From positions 310,001 to 374,000 of the forward strand of contig NW_021832611.1 of assembly GCF_006345805.1 (NCBI RefSeq): 64,000 nt of DNA, given 5' to 3'. The stretch's first letter is position 1, and each line of letters starts with the position of its first letter. Made by a program: the position numbers and the translations under genes. The notes under the pieces were generated by a model. The model was not told the origin of the DNA. It did no database searches and saw nothing but the letters and a program-made list of their open reading frames with translations. The stretch comes from Octopus sinensis. Taxonomy: Eukaryota. Shown here piece after piece: positions 13,151 through 27,544 of the stretch.

Positions 13151-13860
13151 TCTTAATAATAAAATGGTATGGTGTGTGTCTGTCTGTCTGTCTGTGTGTC
13201 TGTCTGTCTGTGCACACCCACATTCAAATTGTTACAAACCAGATCAAATTGTCAAAACCTTCCCTTTTGTAGTTATTCGATAATGAGGCACAATAAAAGG
13301 TTGATATCCTCTAAGAACCTTCCTGTCAAAAAATTTTAATAAGAAAGAATATCCTCGATGATGAGGTCCCCCAAAACCTTCAAGTCAATTTTCTGCGTTT
13401 TTGTTAAAATGAACAACAAGAAAGTCCTCGACTCACATGATGTGGTCCCCCAAAACCTTCAAGCCAAAAAATTAAAAAAAATTATTTTCTGCGTTTTTGT
13501 TAAAATGAACAACAAGAAAGTCCTCGACTCACATGATGTGGTCCCCCAAAACCTTCAAGCCAAAAAATTAAAAAAAATTATTTTCTGCGTTTTTGTTAAA
13601 ATGAACAACAAGAAAGTCCTCGACTCACATGATGTGGTCCCCCAAAACCTTCAAGCCAAAAAAATTAAAAAAAATTATTTTCTGCGTTTTTGTTAAAATG
13701 AACAACAAGAAAGTCCTCGACTCACATGATGTGGTCCCCCAAAACCTTCAAGCCAAAAAATTAAAAAAAATTATTTTCTGCGTTTTTGTTAAAATGAACA
13801 ACAAGAAGTCCTCGACTCACATGATGTGGTCCCCCAAAACCTTCAAGCTAAAAATTATAA
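13151..13860 (+). mobile_element. Non-autonomous Helitron, 5' part only
   Basis: Starts A|TCTTAATAATAAAATGGTATGGTGTGTGTCTGTCTG, shared with the full copy at 32272-33331; (GTCT)n microsatellite at about 13173-13211; no 3' CTAG end seen. Confidence 0.75.
13388..13850 (+). repeat. Tandem array of about five 96-97-bp units
   Basis: TTCTGCG anchors at 13391, 13487, 13583, 13680, 13776; units nearly identical. Confidence 0.95.
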
Positions 13861-14189
13861 ATTTATGAAATCCCATTAATGAACTACGTTGAATTTTTAA
13901 TTCTTTAAAATTTTTTATGACCAAATTTGTCGTGTGAAACCATAGATTTGATTTAATCTTAAATTATTATTTTATAACAACATTGCTATTATCTACCATA
14001 ATCCTCTTTTGATTGACTAGACTGAACATCGATAAACAATTGAATTCAATAAAGCTTGTAATTAGTTGTATATTCAACTTTTTTAAACTGTATAAATCAT
14101 TTAACGGTATTATTGAATCTTATTCAATAATTTTATTATATACAAATAAATGTTGTTTTTTTATAGTAAAGCTAATAAAGATCAATTAT

Positions 14190-14600
14190 TGAGGAAAAAA
14201 GCGTTTTGGAATTAACAAAATCGGCCAGCAAGCCGAATGGAACCGCTGTCCCCACGCACAACGGCCAACAGGATCCATTGAATTAGTAAAGTAAAGAACA
14301 GAGGTGCCAATGTTTCTTGAGATAAATAACTGTGTTTGTTCCAAAGATACACAAAGTCTGAACACAATTGGCCAAAACAAAAGACGTCTAACAAGCGCTG
14401 ATATTTCTTAAATTTCATAAATTCAGTCCCATTAGCACGAGACCCAGATAGAGAGGTAAATTCTTTGATGGCCATCTTTGAGAAAGTATTAACACACGTG
14501 ACATTCCAAACTAATGGTTTAGCAGTGTTGAATGCGAACAAGACTCCCCAACGTTTAACTGAATGGGCTGGAATTCGTCATAAATGTTGTAATGGCTAAC
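14190..14600 (-). mobile_element. CRE-like (RLE-type) non-LTR retrotransposon 3' fragment
   Basis: KPLVWNVTCVNTFS..SGSRANGTEFMKFKKY..ETLAP..LAVVRGDSGSI aligns with the RLE domain in the 60146 ORF. Confidence 0.7.
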
Positions 14601-14750
14601 AGCTTTGAAAATAAAAAAACAAGTTTTATAGAAATTTATCCAGACACAAAAATTTTAATTAAACAATCCTGATTATATAATTTGATCGATTAAACGAACC
14701 ACGTTTACGGCCTTGTTTATTAATAATTTAACGCTTATAAATCTAAAATT

Positions 14751-15977
14751 ATGGATTTGGTTGAAATATTCAATGACGTCTTTAAAACACCTAAAGACGA
14801 TGACATGATTGACAGACTAAACCACACATACACCAGATTAATCCTCATTTTATTTGCAGTCATTGTTTGTACCGAGCAATATGCTGGCAGTCCTATTAAT
14901 TGTTGGACACCACCTCAGTTTAAAGGCATTTTTTTAATTAATGATATAGATAATTATGCTAAATATACACAAAAAATATGCTGGATTCAAAACACGTATA
15001 GAATTCCTATGAATAAGACAATTCCCGAAACAAATAATTATCAAGGGAAACTTCAATTGAGATATTATCAGTGGGCACCATTCATTTTTTTAACGCTATC
15101 GTTATTTTATTTTCTGCCATGTCTATTTTGGAGAGCTAATAACAAAAAATACGGACTCAATCTTAAAACGATTGTCGACATTGGTAACAAATATCACGAA
15201 GCTGATGATAACAAAAAAAAAGATGAACAAATAAAAATCATCACTAAACATTTTAATCGATATCTTGAAAATAAAAAATATACCAAAGGCAATCTATTTT
15301 GTTTTCCTTCAAAATTACAATCTTTGACAGCAGTCTACATAACAAGTAAAGTTTTATATCTTCTTAACGCCGTGGCACAATTGTTTTTAACCGACTTACT
15401 TCTCTGTAATGGGGAAATTAAATTTTATGGACTGTTTCTACTGCGAAATGCAGTGTTTGGAATCCAAACTCAATCGGAATTATTTCCACGTGTCGCTTAT
15501 TGTGATTTTTATGTACGTGAAATGGGACAAGAGATTAATGGACATAGATACACTGTGCAATGCGTTTTATCGATTAATCTTTATTTAGAAGCCATTTTTG
15601 CATTTTATTGGTTTTGGCTGTGTTTATTAATTTTTCTTAACTTGAAGAATACTATTATGTGGTGTTGGCATATTTTATCTACTTGGAATACGAAAGCATA
15701 TATTCATAAATATATCCGACCAGAATTACGAAGTAACTTAGATTTGTTGATTGAAAATCCAAAATACATGGTTACTCACTTTATTGACAACTATTTGGAT
15801 GCCGACGGAATTTTTGTAATGAGACTAATCAGTCAAAATATCAGTCACGTGGTAGCTACTGATCTTATCAGTGCGTTGTATGAAAATTACAAAATTATAG
15901 AAGTTGGGAAAAGAATTAATAATGTAGAAAGTATTTCTGACAGGGAGTTAAGTAATTTGGATTTTTTGTCTAATTAA
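14751..15977 (+). CDS. inx: Innexin (gap-junction protein) with one 24-nt GC-AG intron (14926-14949)
   Basis: DDDMIDRLNHTYT, GSPINCW, RYYQWAPF, LFPRVAYCDF, QCVLSINLYLEAIF, YLDADGIFVMRLI. Removing the intron restores C-x17-C spacing. Confidence 0.95.
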   Translation: MDLVEIFNDVFKTPKDDDMIDRLNHTYTRLILILFAVIVCTEQYAGSPINCWTPPQFKGIFLINDIDNYAKYTQKICWIQNTYRIPMNKTIPETNNYQGKLQLRYYQWAPFIFLTLSLFYFLPCLFWRANNKKYGLNLKTIVDIGNKYHEADDNKKKDEQIKIITKHFNRYLENKKYTKGNLFCFPSKLQSLTAVYITSKVLYLLNAVAQLFLTDLLLCNGEIKFYGLFLLRNAVFGIQTQSELFPRVAYCDFYVREMGQEINGHRYTVQCVLSINLYLEAIFAFYWFWLCLLIFLNLKNTIMWCWHILSTWNTKAYIHKYIRPELRSNLDLLIENPKYMVTHFIDNYLDADGIFVMRLISQNISHVVATDLISALYENYKIIEVGKRINNVESISDRELSNLDFLSN

Positions 15978-16156
15978 ATTTTTTGGTGTAAACATTGTCA
16001 TTTTTGTTATATTTTTGGGTATTATTATGTTAGCTCATAATTTATTAAATTTAACTGATGTGCAGTTAAAAACCACAAGTATTATTGGTGACCTTTGACT
16101 TAATCACACTTATTTATTAAAACGATTTTTAATAAGCCTACTTGTTGGTATAATAA

Positions 16157-16850
16157 AGTGGTTTTCAAACTTTTTTGCTTTCCGTAACACTTGCCATCTA
16201 AATAATTTTTCGCGTACCCCTTATCGATTTTTAAAAAATTAGGGAAAAAATTATTTAATTAATAAAATGGATGTGTTGTTTATCGATCACTAATCTATCG
16301 ATTTCTAGATCCTTTAACGAAAGATATATCCGAATATCATGAAAAACATTCAGCCTCGCACGATGAACTGATTTTAAACTAAACAACGATGAAAATCCTT
16401 TTCGCATAGATATGTAGTCGGAAACAAAAGCAAAAAATCGATTTTTGATATCATTTTACACCTAAATTCAATTAATGGTGCAAATTCAAATAAGATTTTT
16501 GACTCGTAAGAATTTATTAATTCAATAAATTCTTGAATATTTAAAGGTAAATCATAAAATTTTACGGAAAAAGGATTGACAAAAAGCTTAAGATCTACTT
16601 CATTAATTTCAAGTATATATTTTTCAATTTCATTTTTCAATCCAAGTGAATGGGAAGTTATATAATTTTTTAAATTTTCTATTTCATTTAATTTTAAATG
16701 GAAAATGTTAGCATTCAACTTATCAAATATAGTAAACTTAGAATTTGTTGTATTATCTATCCATAGTTGGAGCTTCATACGAAAAGACCTACAACATTAC
16801 ATTCAAAAATCCCTTACATTCAAATGTGATTTTTTTGGCTTTTGCGATCC
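16157..16850 (-). mobile_element. hAT (ZBED5/FAM200-like) 3' fragment
   Basis: KLQLW...FVNPF...LLLFPTTYLCEKDF dimerisation motif; terminal-like AGTGGTTTTCAAAC at about 16157. Confidence 0.75.
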
Positions 16851-17065
16851 GATATGAAATCATGTAATAGAGTTTTGCAAAATATGGGATGTTGTTAGAA
16901 ATAATTCTGGTCTTAAAGATTTTTTGGAATCTAAATTGTTATTTCTTAAAGATCTATTTTTCCGTTTGATTTTTAGAATTAATTAATTGATTTTATATTT
17001 TTATAAATTTGATTAAATTTTTTTAATAAATCTAAATTATTTTTGAATAAAATACTAAATTTTAA

Positions 17066-18132
17066 ATGCTGTCATTTACTGAAGGCACTACATTTTATTA
17101 ATCTATTATGCTTTAGAAAAACTTTGGTATAAAGAATTAAGTATAAATTGTCTCACCAATTCTCAGCTATATGAAAACGATTTTCCAATATATGTTTCAC
17201 CTACAGGGGTTGCGGTTTTCAAGAATTCTATTGAGATTTCAGAATGTCTTTTACTAAAAATATTTCCAGATGATAATTTTACAGAATGTTACCGATGCGG
17301 CGAGTCATTTGAAATTTCAACACATTACAATACAAACTTTGATACTGACCAATGTAAATATCATCCTAAGAAATATCTTCCTTTATGTCGTCGATTTCCT
17401 TGTTGTGAGGGTGTGTTGTTAAACGCTAAAGAGTGTTGCTCTGCAAATGTATTTCTTGTACTTAAGTTTAGAAACATCTTCACAAAAGAAATTTGAAATG
17501 CAACAAGAATTATCTTAAGACTCGTGATTGTTCTGGTGGTTTTTGTCATCATGGAATTTATTCCTTGGATTGCGAAATGGCTTTTTTTGTTTAATTTACC
17601 TCAAGGTTTACACAACTATTGGAATTGAGTTAGCAAGACTTAGTGTTGTTGATCACACTGATAAAATTGTCTATGACTCTTTCGTAAAACCAAAAAATGC
17701 AGTCATTGATTATAATACAACGTATTGATGTTTTAAATTAATTACAACAGATTTAGCGGAATAACTGAAGCTCATATTTTAAACACCACAACTACTTTTG
17801 AAGATGCACAAAATCATTTACTTGATATAACATGTTCCAATTCCATACTGATAGGTCACAGTCTTGAAAATGATCTTAAAATTTTAAAAGTATTATTTCG
17901 TTTCATTTTTTTGATTGCTCATTATTTAATACTCGATACTTCGGTGTTGTATCCACATCGACGTGGACCCCCATTGAAACGCGCCCTAAAAACTTTGGGT
18001 GCTGAATTTTTAAATAAAATTATTCAAAATAGTATAATTTTAGTCTTATTTTAAGATACAACTGGACATGACAGTACCGAGGATGCACGTACTTGCATGG
18101 ATTTGATTAAATTTAAATTTAATCTTAGTTAA
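17066..18132 (+). CDS. REXO1: REXO1-like DEDDh RNA exonuclease, 7 introns
   Basis: CLTNSQLYENDFP, CYRCG, CKYHP, GIYSLDCEM|VYTT, VKPKNAVIDYNT|RFSGIT, LIGHSLENDL, LDTSVLYPH, GHDSTEDARTCM. Confidence 0.9.
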
Positions 18133-18882
18133 CAGCATTGGTTGTTTTTTGGATTTTCCATTTCTAAAGTTATTTTGATATATCTAAAATTTAAATAAGC
18201 AGTTTATGTAAATAAGGTCAATCAATGAAATCTTTACTTTAATATCTGAATTTATGATAATTTTTAAGTAAAATTTGAATTTTTTTGAATTTTTAGTAAT
18301 AACTTGAAAATTTTTCATGAATTTAATTTTTTGGCTCAAGTCATTTTCATACAAAAATTGGTTTTGACAACATAGAAATATCACAGGTTCGAACAATTTG
18401 AGAAAAACCGCAAATATAGCCTTCTCGCATTGTATCATTTATGTTAATGATAAGCTTTTGATATGCCTTATTTTATATCAAGTGTGACAGTCCATCGATG
18501 GCGGAGACCAGTACTCCCATCAATCATCACTTGGGTTTTTTTCTTCACTTTACCTAATCAAATAGGAGCTTTTATTTCTAAATGCACAAACTGATAAGCA
18601 TTGGTTGAAAATCGAAAAGACTCTTGTTTGTTTTAGTAATTTTTGTCGTCATAAAATTTATTCATTGGATTTAAAAATGACTTTTTTGTTTGATGGAATT
18701 GATTTAGCCGACTTACTGTTGTTGATCGTACGGATAAAATTGTTTATAATTTTTTGTAAAACCAATAAAGTTCAAAAGGTTAAAATAGTTGAATTAAATT
18801 AAAATCAATTTTTTTATTTTTTGTCTTGAATTATTTTAGATACATTTTATAGCCAAAATTAAATTTTAAATTAACAACAGAT

Positions 18883-21114
<2,232 letters not shown>

Positions 21115-21158
21115 GATGCCCACTAGTCTTTGATTAGTGGGCTTTATGTCATCCGTTG

Positions 21159-21216
21159 ATGTTCTGGGTAGTGACGATTTGAGTGTAAATTAATCGCTCT
21201 TATCTGACATGGACAT
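21159..21216 (+). promoter_or_regulatory. SECIS element (GUGA-core variant)
   Basis: Lower helix ATGTTC/GGACAT; core GTGA(21171)...TGA(21205); upper stem GATTTGAGTG/CGCTCTTATC; apical AAA; lies 45 nt after the TGR stop. Confidence 0.85.
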
Positions 21217-21271
21217 TAATGGGTGACTTTGTTAATTATTAATTTTATTATTGGGACAATTATTTTAAATT

Positions 21272-21669
21272 TATTAAAAGACAGTTAGAAAAGGGAGAAG
21301 GATTGTTTAAGACTACGCAGGTTAGGGCGTCCTCCCAGCCTCACGGATTGCGAAGCAGTTGTGGGGGATTACGGCTATGGAGAGGCGTAGAAGAAGACAA
21401 AAGGACTCTCTCGGGTCGTCCCTCCTTTTGGGGATTCTTCTCCCCAAACCACGTAGGAAACAAAGCGACTTGCGGCCGAAGACCCCAGAGGTCTCAACGG
21501 CGATGGGCGTTAAAACGAAGCTGTAGAGGTGACCGTATTTCAGGATTTTGAGATCTTCAGCGCGATTGGAAGCAAAGCCTGGGTCGACGGCAGACCTGGC
21601 TAGGTTCCCTTTGGAGAATGTGTCACAGCAAGTGGAATCCCATATGAGGGATAGTTAAGCCGTCAGGGC
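21272..21669 (-). mobile_element. 5'-truncated CRE-like RLE retrotransposon with 13-bp TSD
   Basis: PDGLT..WDSTCCDTFS..AEDLKILKY..PIAVETSGVFG..LSIAV; direct repeat ATTATTTTAAATT at 21259-71 and 21670-82. Confidence 0.8.
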
Positions 21670-22084
21670 ATTATTTTAAATTATCTATGTCGATTAAAAA
21701 CAGAGTAAAAAGCAAGAAAAATCAAACTGATGATTTCTGTTTTACATTTATAATTTGTAACTTTTTATGTTTTCACAGATTTTTCATAAGCTGAAAACAA
21801 AATATTGATAAGTTTGAACAACAAAGAATTTCTGTTAAAGATTGTCTTATGTATAAAAAGGTGTAATGGAAGGTTTAGATGCCGTCAAATTGCAAAATCT
21901 TTGAAAAACTTCTGATGCGAAAGCGTTCTTTCTTTGACGATATTTCGTCTAAACAAGAGGAATCTTTATTAATCTTAATTTTTGAAAGCATTTCTTTTGA
22001 TAATCCAATAAAAACCATTGTAAAGTGTAATTTAATAATATAAAATTCATTTAGTTCAAACAAAAGTGATAAAAGATTAATCAA

Positions 22085-23207
22085 TGGGGGTCCCTCAGGG
22101 CTCCTGCCTACTAATTCGGAAACACTACTCTCGTACGCTGACGACATAGTGATTGCTTCAAGAAAAAATTCCATCGGCGCTGCAACAAACTCACTCCAAA
22201 CTCATCTAGACTCTCTGACCAAATGGCTAGGATCTAACCATATGACTCCTTCTGCGTCCAAATCGTCCATCACTGTTTTTACATCTGATAAAAGACAATT
22301 CAACCTAAACCCTGTCCTCTATGTGGCCGGTGAAATAATTCCTGTTATAAAAAACCCGAAAATCCTTGGAGTCGTATTCGATCAATGCCTATCTTTTACG
22401 CAACACGTGGAGCTCATTTCCACCAAAGCCAAACGCAAACTGAATGCACTACGTGCCTTATCTGGACAAACTTACGGCCAAGCCAAAGAATGCCTCACTT
22501 TGGTTTACAAACAATTTGTCAGAACATCAATGAACTATGCTAGTCCAGCATGGTCATGGAACTTGTCTTATTCAAACCTCCAAAAACTCCAAAGAATCCA
22601 AAACTCAGGCCTACGCACAATAACTGGTTGCCTTGCATCCACTCCCATCGATCATCTTTATTGGGAATCTTGTATCCTTCCGGTCGAAGACCATTTGACG
22701 ATGAGAGGACTCCAATTCCTACAGGAAATACAAGACTTTTCTCATCCAAGTCACAAAATCTCTATTCCAGAAAACAAAAGACACATCATTCCTACCCTGG
22801 CCGATCAATGTAGATGTCTTTCAAAAATACTCTCAACCAACAATGGGAAAACTGCGAATAAACTAATCCATGACTACATCTTTTCTCGTGCTATCAGGAT
22901 GCTTAAAAACAACAAACTTCTCAACTCTCCCCCCCCCCGCCGGTCCACTCCTCAGAGCAATCACTCGGCAGATATCTCCGTGTCCAGCTTGCTCAGATTC
23001 GCTCGGGACACCATCCACTCATTTTCGAAACATACCGTTCCTTCACCCCTGAAGACCTCTTCCCCTGTCCTAACTCGCCTCACTTGTCTCCGCCTATTGG
23101 GATTCGGGATCTCTGGGAGCGCCCGATCTTCGCGTCTCGCTACCTGATTGCAGCCGGCTTCCTACGTGTTAGTGAAGCCGGGGTAACATAACTAACTAAC
23201 TAACTAA
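22085..23207 (+). mobile_element. 5'-truncated APE-type LINE (RT C-terminal half) with (TAAC)n tail
   Basis: GVPQGS (deletion) LLSYADDIVI, NPKILGVVFD, YKQFVRTSMNYASPAW, CPAC..H; ends taactaactaactaactaa. Confidence 0.85.
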
Positions 23208-23215
23208 AGGGATGA

Positions 23216-23308
23216 CGTGAGTCTAGCTGGCTTTTTCAGCGCATTTCGCTCGCGATATTGCGCGGAAACTGCCTTTCTATTCGCTCGTCCTCTCAATCAA
23301 AGAATTAA
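23216..23308 (+). mobile_element. CRE-like RLE extreme 3' fragment
   Basis: RESSWLFQRISLAILRGNCLSIRSS*. Confidence 0.7.
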
Positions 23309-23614
23309 CGTGGATAAATGAATTATTATTTTATGGAAATTTTTGACACAATTTTGTTTATCAAAGGGAGGGCCAGCAGCCTGGCGGATAGCCAAACTGT
23401 TCTCCCTGTAATTTAATTATCATTAATTCTTATTTTTAATCAAATTAATTTCTAAATTATGATTTAATGAAAATTAAATCAAAAAAATTATTGCTTATTA
23501 AAATTAACAACTCGGGCTCCGGCGTGGTTCCGCCTCTCACCGGTAATTCATCTATTTGAATTATAAAATAAAATTTAAATGTAAAATTAATTAAATTTGT
23601 TATTAAAATTTCTT

Positions 23615-24446
23615 ATGAAGTAGGCTTATGTTGCTATATTAATTAAGGACTTTTGATGTATTTTATTCCTCAATATACGGATTGAAATCCAGTCATCTAT
23701 TAATACCCCAAGTGGATCTCCGAACTACTTTGAAACTAGTCTTAAATCTTTAAGCCATATTTAGATATTTGAAGAAGTCTATTTTAATAAAGTAAATTGT
23801 GATTATAAACTAATCTTTTTTGCTACCAGTAGGAGAAAACAAGTTATGGGAGTTATTTAATAATAGTATTTTATACAAACACTCAGGGCTTGGTCACGTC
23901 TTATTAAAGTCGACTTAAATCACTATTTTAGAACGAAAAAGAAAATTATATATTTAAAATATTTGTCATTGACTCAACTGGCAACTTCGAGAATTTTTTA
24001 GATATCCTCCCCTGTGAAATTACTAAAAAACAATTATCCAAAGTTCTTCGCAAGTTAACTAACATCACAATAAAGTAATTTCAACACTTATCTGAAATAA
24101 GTGTTTCCTTTTCTACAAAAGGGAAATTCACCTGCTCTGATATTCCCAATTCTTTGAATTTAAATAATTGCATCGGTTTGGTTAAAGGAATGTGCACAGA
24201 ATTTTCTGCCTTTAACATCCAGTTCATAACGGCAATGAACGCTCTTATGGGGAGATTGGATAAGTTAAAAGGTTTCGTTTCATTCGTTTATAATTCTAGA
24301 GAGACAAGTAAATTTTCTCTCATATTGTGACTTAAAGACAGAAAAGTACAAGTTTCTACGTTCTTGTTATATTTAGATTTTTAGAAGAGAGAATAGTCAA
24401 ATATATTGACGAAAGTGATTGCTATGGGTTACATTGTAGAATTTGA
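23615..24446 (+). CDS. Hypothetical 216-aa protein, 8 exons
   Basis: Seven GT-AG introns (28,26,24,23,27,28,25 nt) join an uninterrupted 651-nt ORF (MKTFDVFYSS...YIFKIFVIDSTGNF...DCYGLHCRI*); family not recognised. Confidence 0.75.
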
Positions 24447-24668
24447 TTTGCTTAATAATAAAATCGACCAAATTGATCTCAAGTTGGATACCAATTTAAG
24501 TTCGATAATAAATACTGATATTTAGCACGTCACGCCGAGGAGTCAAATCAGGACAGTGTCACGTCCTCTGACTTTATTGAGATTACTGATGAAGAAAATA
24601 ACTAATAAATCAATATAAACTATAATCAAAACTAATTATTTATCAATTGAACTAATTAATGCGTCCTC

Positions 24669-25366
24669 TCACTCGATTCTCCTCCTCTTTGAGCTAAAGC
24701 CAATCTCTTCGATGGGCACACTCATCCATCTCACAGGGTTGGTCTCTTTTGTGGTCGTTCTCAAGTTCGACTCAATGGCCTCACTTGGCAGAGTTTCTTT
24801 GGTTGTTCCATTTGTAAAACGAGTCGTTTGGCATTCTTCTGGCGGGATCATTACAAACTTGTGTTCTATACGCATACTCTTTAATGTTTTCCTGATAACC
24901 ACCGACTGAATGTAAGCTCGTGTAAGTCCTTCCAAACAAATAGTATCGCAGTGATGTTTATAGTATTTACTCACAACACCATCCCATGTTAGTACCAATG
25001 GTACTATGGTTACCTTGGCTTTGTGGATTAATCCCAGTTCACTGGCAAGCAGGTCGTATTTGTGAAGCTTTTCCACTTCGACTTGCTTCAATTTTTTTGA
25101 GAGGTGATTCCAATCTCTATAAGCGTGATTGTGTTGCTCATTTTGTCGGGTACAAAGATATCCGGCTTGTTATTCTCGACCTTCATATCCGTATTAATTG
25201 TCGTGTCAACACGAATCTCCACAGAGTTATTTGCAACCACTGATTGAACAGAGTGGGTTTTCAATTTCTTAGATTTCTCGATTCCATACTCCCTGCATAG
25301 ATGTAGATGTACACATTTCACTACTTCGTTGTGTCGTCGTAAGTAGTCACTATTCAGTAATATCTA
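24669..25366 (-). mobile_element. R4/Dong-like RLE non-LTR retrotransposon 3' fragment
   Basis: YLRRHNEVVKCVHL..NNKPDIFV..ITLIEIGIT..EKLHKYDLLASEL..LVLTWDGVV. Confidence 0.8.
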
Positions 25367-25917
25367 GTGAATCACATAAATTTATATCCGATTCTAATAG
25401 ATTTTTAAACTAATCCTGAACTATCCTTTGAAAAATTGGAAGTTATAACAAAGTTATAATGTTAACTATCTGCAATTTGCAAATAATATCATTATAAAAA
25501 TGACGTTGAAATCGACTTTCCCAATTGTTTTGATTTGAATACTTTTTAAAATATCCTTCGAGACAATTTTAAATTTTTAACTATTTCTTAATTATTTTGT
25601 TATAGTATGGCAGGCTTCTCAAAATGTAATATACTTTTTATTGTACAATCTAGACTTTGGAAGACACGAAAAATTATTTATTCAAAGAATTTTTGACAAC
25701 AAAAAATACCTATCATCACACAAAATATCAATTTTTTAAAAAGGAACAGAACTTTACATTCACCATTTAAATCTTCGTCTTAATTTCTAGAGGGAATTAC
25801 TTTGCGATTCTGGTAAAAAAGATTCTCTATTATTTGATTGATTTATACCACAGGTAAAAAATTCCTATGTAACCAAGATAAAATATTTTCTGTGAAAATA
25901 AAACTGTCAAAAATTTG

Positions 25918-27544
25918 TTATATTGGTGTTAATTTAAGCGGACTAGAATCGTAATTTGCACCAAAAATGAATATAATTTGTTTTAAGAAATCCAGGCTGA
26001 TCAAATTACTAGATTTTTTGTTGTTAAAAAAATTTTCATCTGAACTTACTGATTTTTTATTCTGGGATTTTTCAATCATTGATTTTAAAATAATTTTTTT
26101 ATATTTTGTAGAATTTATAAATCTTTCAAACGAATCAGTTTCCATTAATTTGAAAATATCTTTGCTAGCTTGATCAAAAATAAATCTAAAATCATTTACT
26201 TTAAAACATATTTAGATAATTTTTTATAAGAATAATTCGCATTTATAAAAAAATATTATTATGTTACCGATGTGGTTTTTTCATTGAAGATTTAATTAAA
26301 TTTCTAATTGTTGAACTGATATTTATTTCATATTTAGAATTTTCTTCAATGAATGCTCTTTAATAAATTATTTTATATTTTTACTTATATATTTTTTCTG
26401 CGGTAGATTCAAGCTGTGATTCGCTGATGAACTGGAAGAGATGACAGCTATACCAGAAGATCAAGTTTTCTTGACTTTTTTCAAAGTGTAGAAACTCAAG
26501 AAAATTGATAATATAACTGTTCATGAATAACGCTGTCTTTAAATATTTTCCCATATGCAAAATTCGTTCTGTTAATGTCTCGGCCGTATCCGCACAATCC
26601 ACCATAAAATCGTTGTACTTCCAAGTGTCTATATAATTCACCAAATCATTATTCCCGCGTGGAAATCCACTTTTGATTTGCTTTCGTATGCATTCAATCT
26701 AATTAATATTACTGATTTACTTCCGTACTTTTTGTACGGCTCTTTCGTCTATTTCTACAGTTGACAAAGATTCATATGCTTGCAGAGGATTATCATCCCA
26801 AATCTATTTTTCTTTAGTCAATTTTTAACATATTTAGAATTAATAGACCATGCTTTTTTATCTTGAATTTTTGCTACTTTTTGCTCACTTTTAGTTTTAT
26901 ATTTTTTTCTAAAAATAGTTGTAATTTTTACTTGTGATTTATTTTAACTTCATTAACAATACATTTCCAATTTGATTCGAATTCTCGGTGTAATAAAATA
27001 TAATCACTCTTTAATAAATATATTATAATACATTTTCTCTGTCGTTCATTGAAACGCTGTGATACATGATTTTGTCCAACAAATAAATCACTGAAATGAA
27101 GAAATAATCATAAAATACTATAATCTTTTTTTGTATATCTTCGGTTATTACTGGGCCAATATGATTTTCTCTTAAAATGATTCAATTATTATTCACTTGA
27201 AATATGTAAATTTCGAGGTCATCTCTGAATTTGTCCGTTTTATTATAATTGACAGGGCAAATATATCCGTATTTGTAAAGGCTATTAGCAATGTTTTCAC
27301 ATTCAAATTTTGTTTCAGGTGCAAGAATAGCGTTTAGCCATTCTATTAGGTCACATCCTGTTAGAGTTTTGATACATAATTTCACCTCGAAACGTGAATG
27401 GAATTTTTAGGAACCTCATTGTTCTGGTTTTAGCTTTCAAAATGCTTCCCGGTTCCATTGCTTGAGTCACTAATTCGTCATACTATGATTGAACTTTGCT
27501 TTAATTACTTTAAGGAAGTTAAGAGGATCGTTAAATATGGACAT
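25918..27544 (-). CDS. RGS7: R7-family regulator of G-protein signalling (DEP-DHEX-degenerate GGL-RGS)
   Basis: IPFTFR|GCDLIEWL, YGYICPV, YIFQ|RKSYWPS, DLVNYIDTWKYNDF, FLEFLHFEKSQENLIFW, IFKLMETDSFERFI; one 3' exon junction unresolved. Confidence 0.85.

Noticed and set aside
13388-13850. CRISPR-like array, or the repetitive ORFs 13358-13868 as genes
   Set aside because: Units are contiguous and near-identical with no unique spacers, no cas genes are present, and the array lies inside a Helitron.
23211-23320. Small spliced gene (ATG AC|GTGAGT...TTTCAG)
   Set aside because: Another frame reads RESSWLFQRISLAILRGNC, the end of an RLE retroelement.
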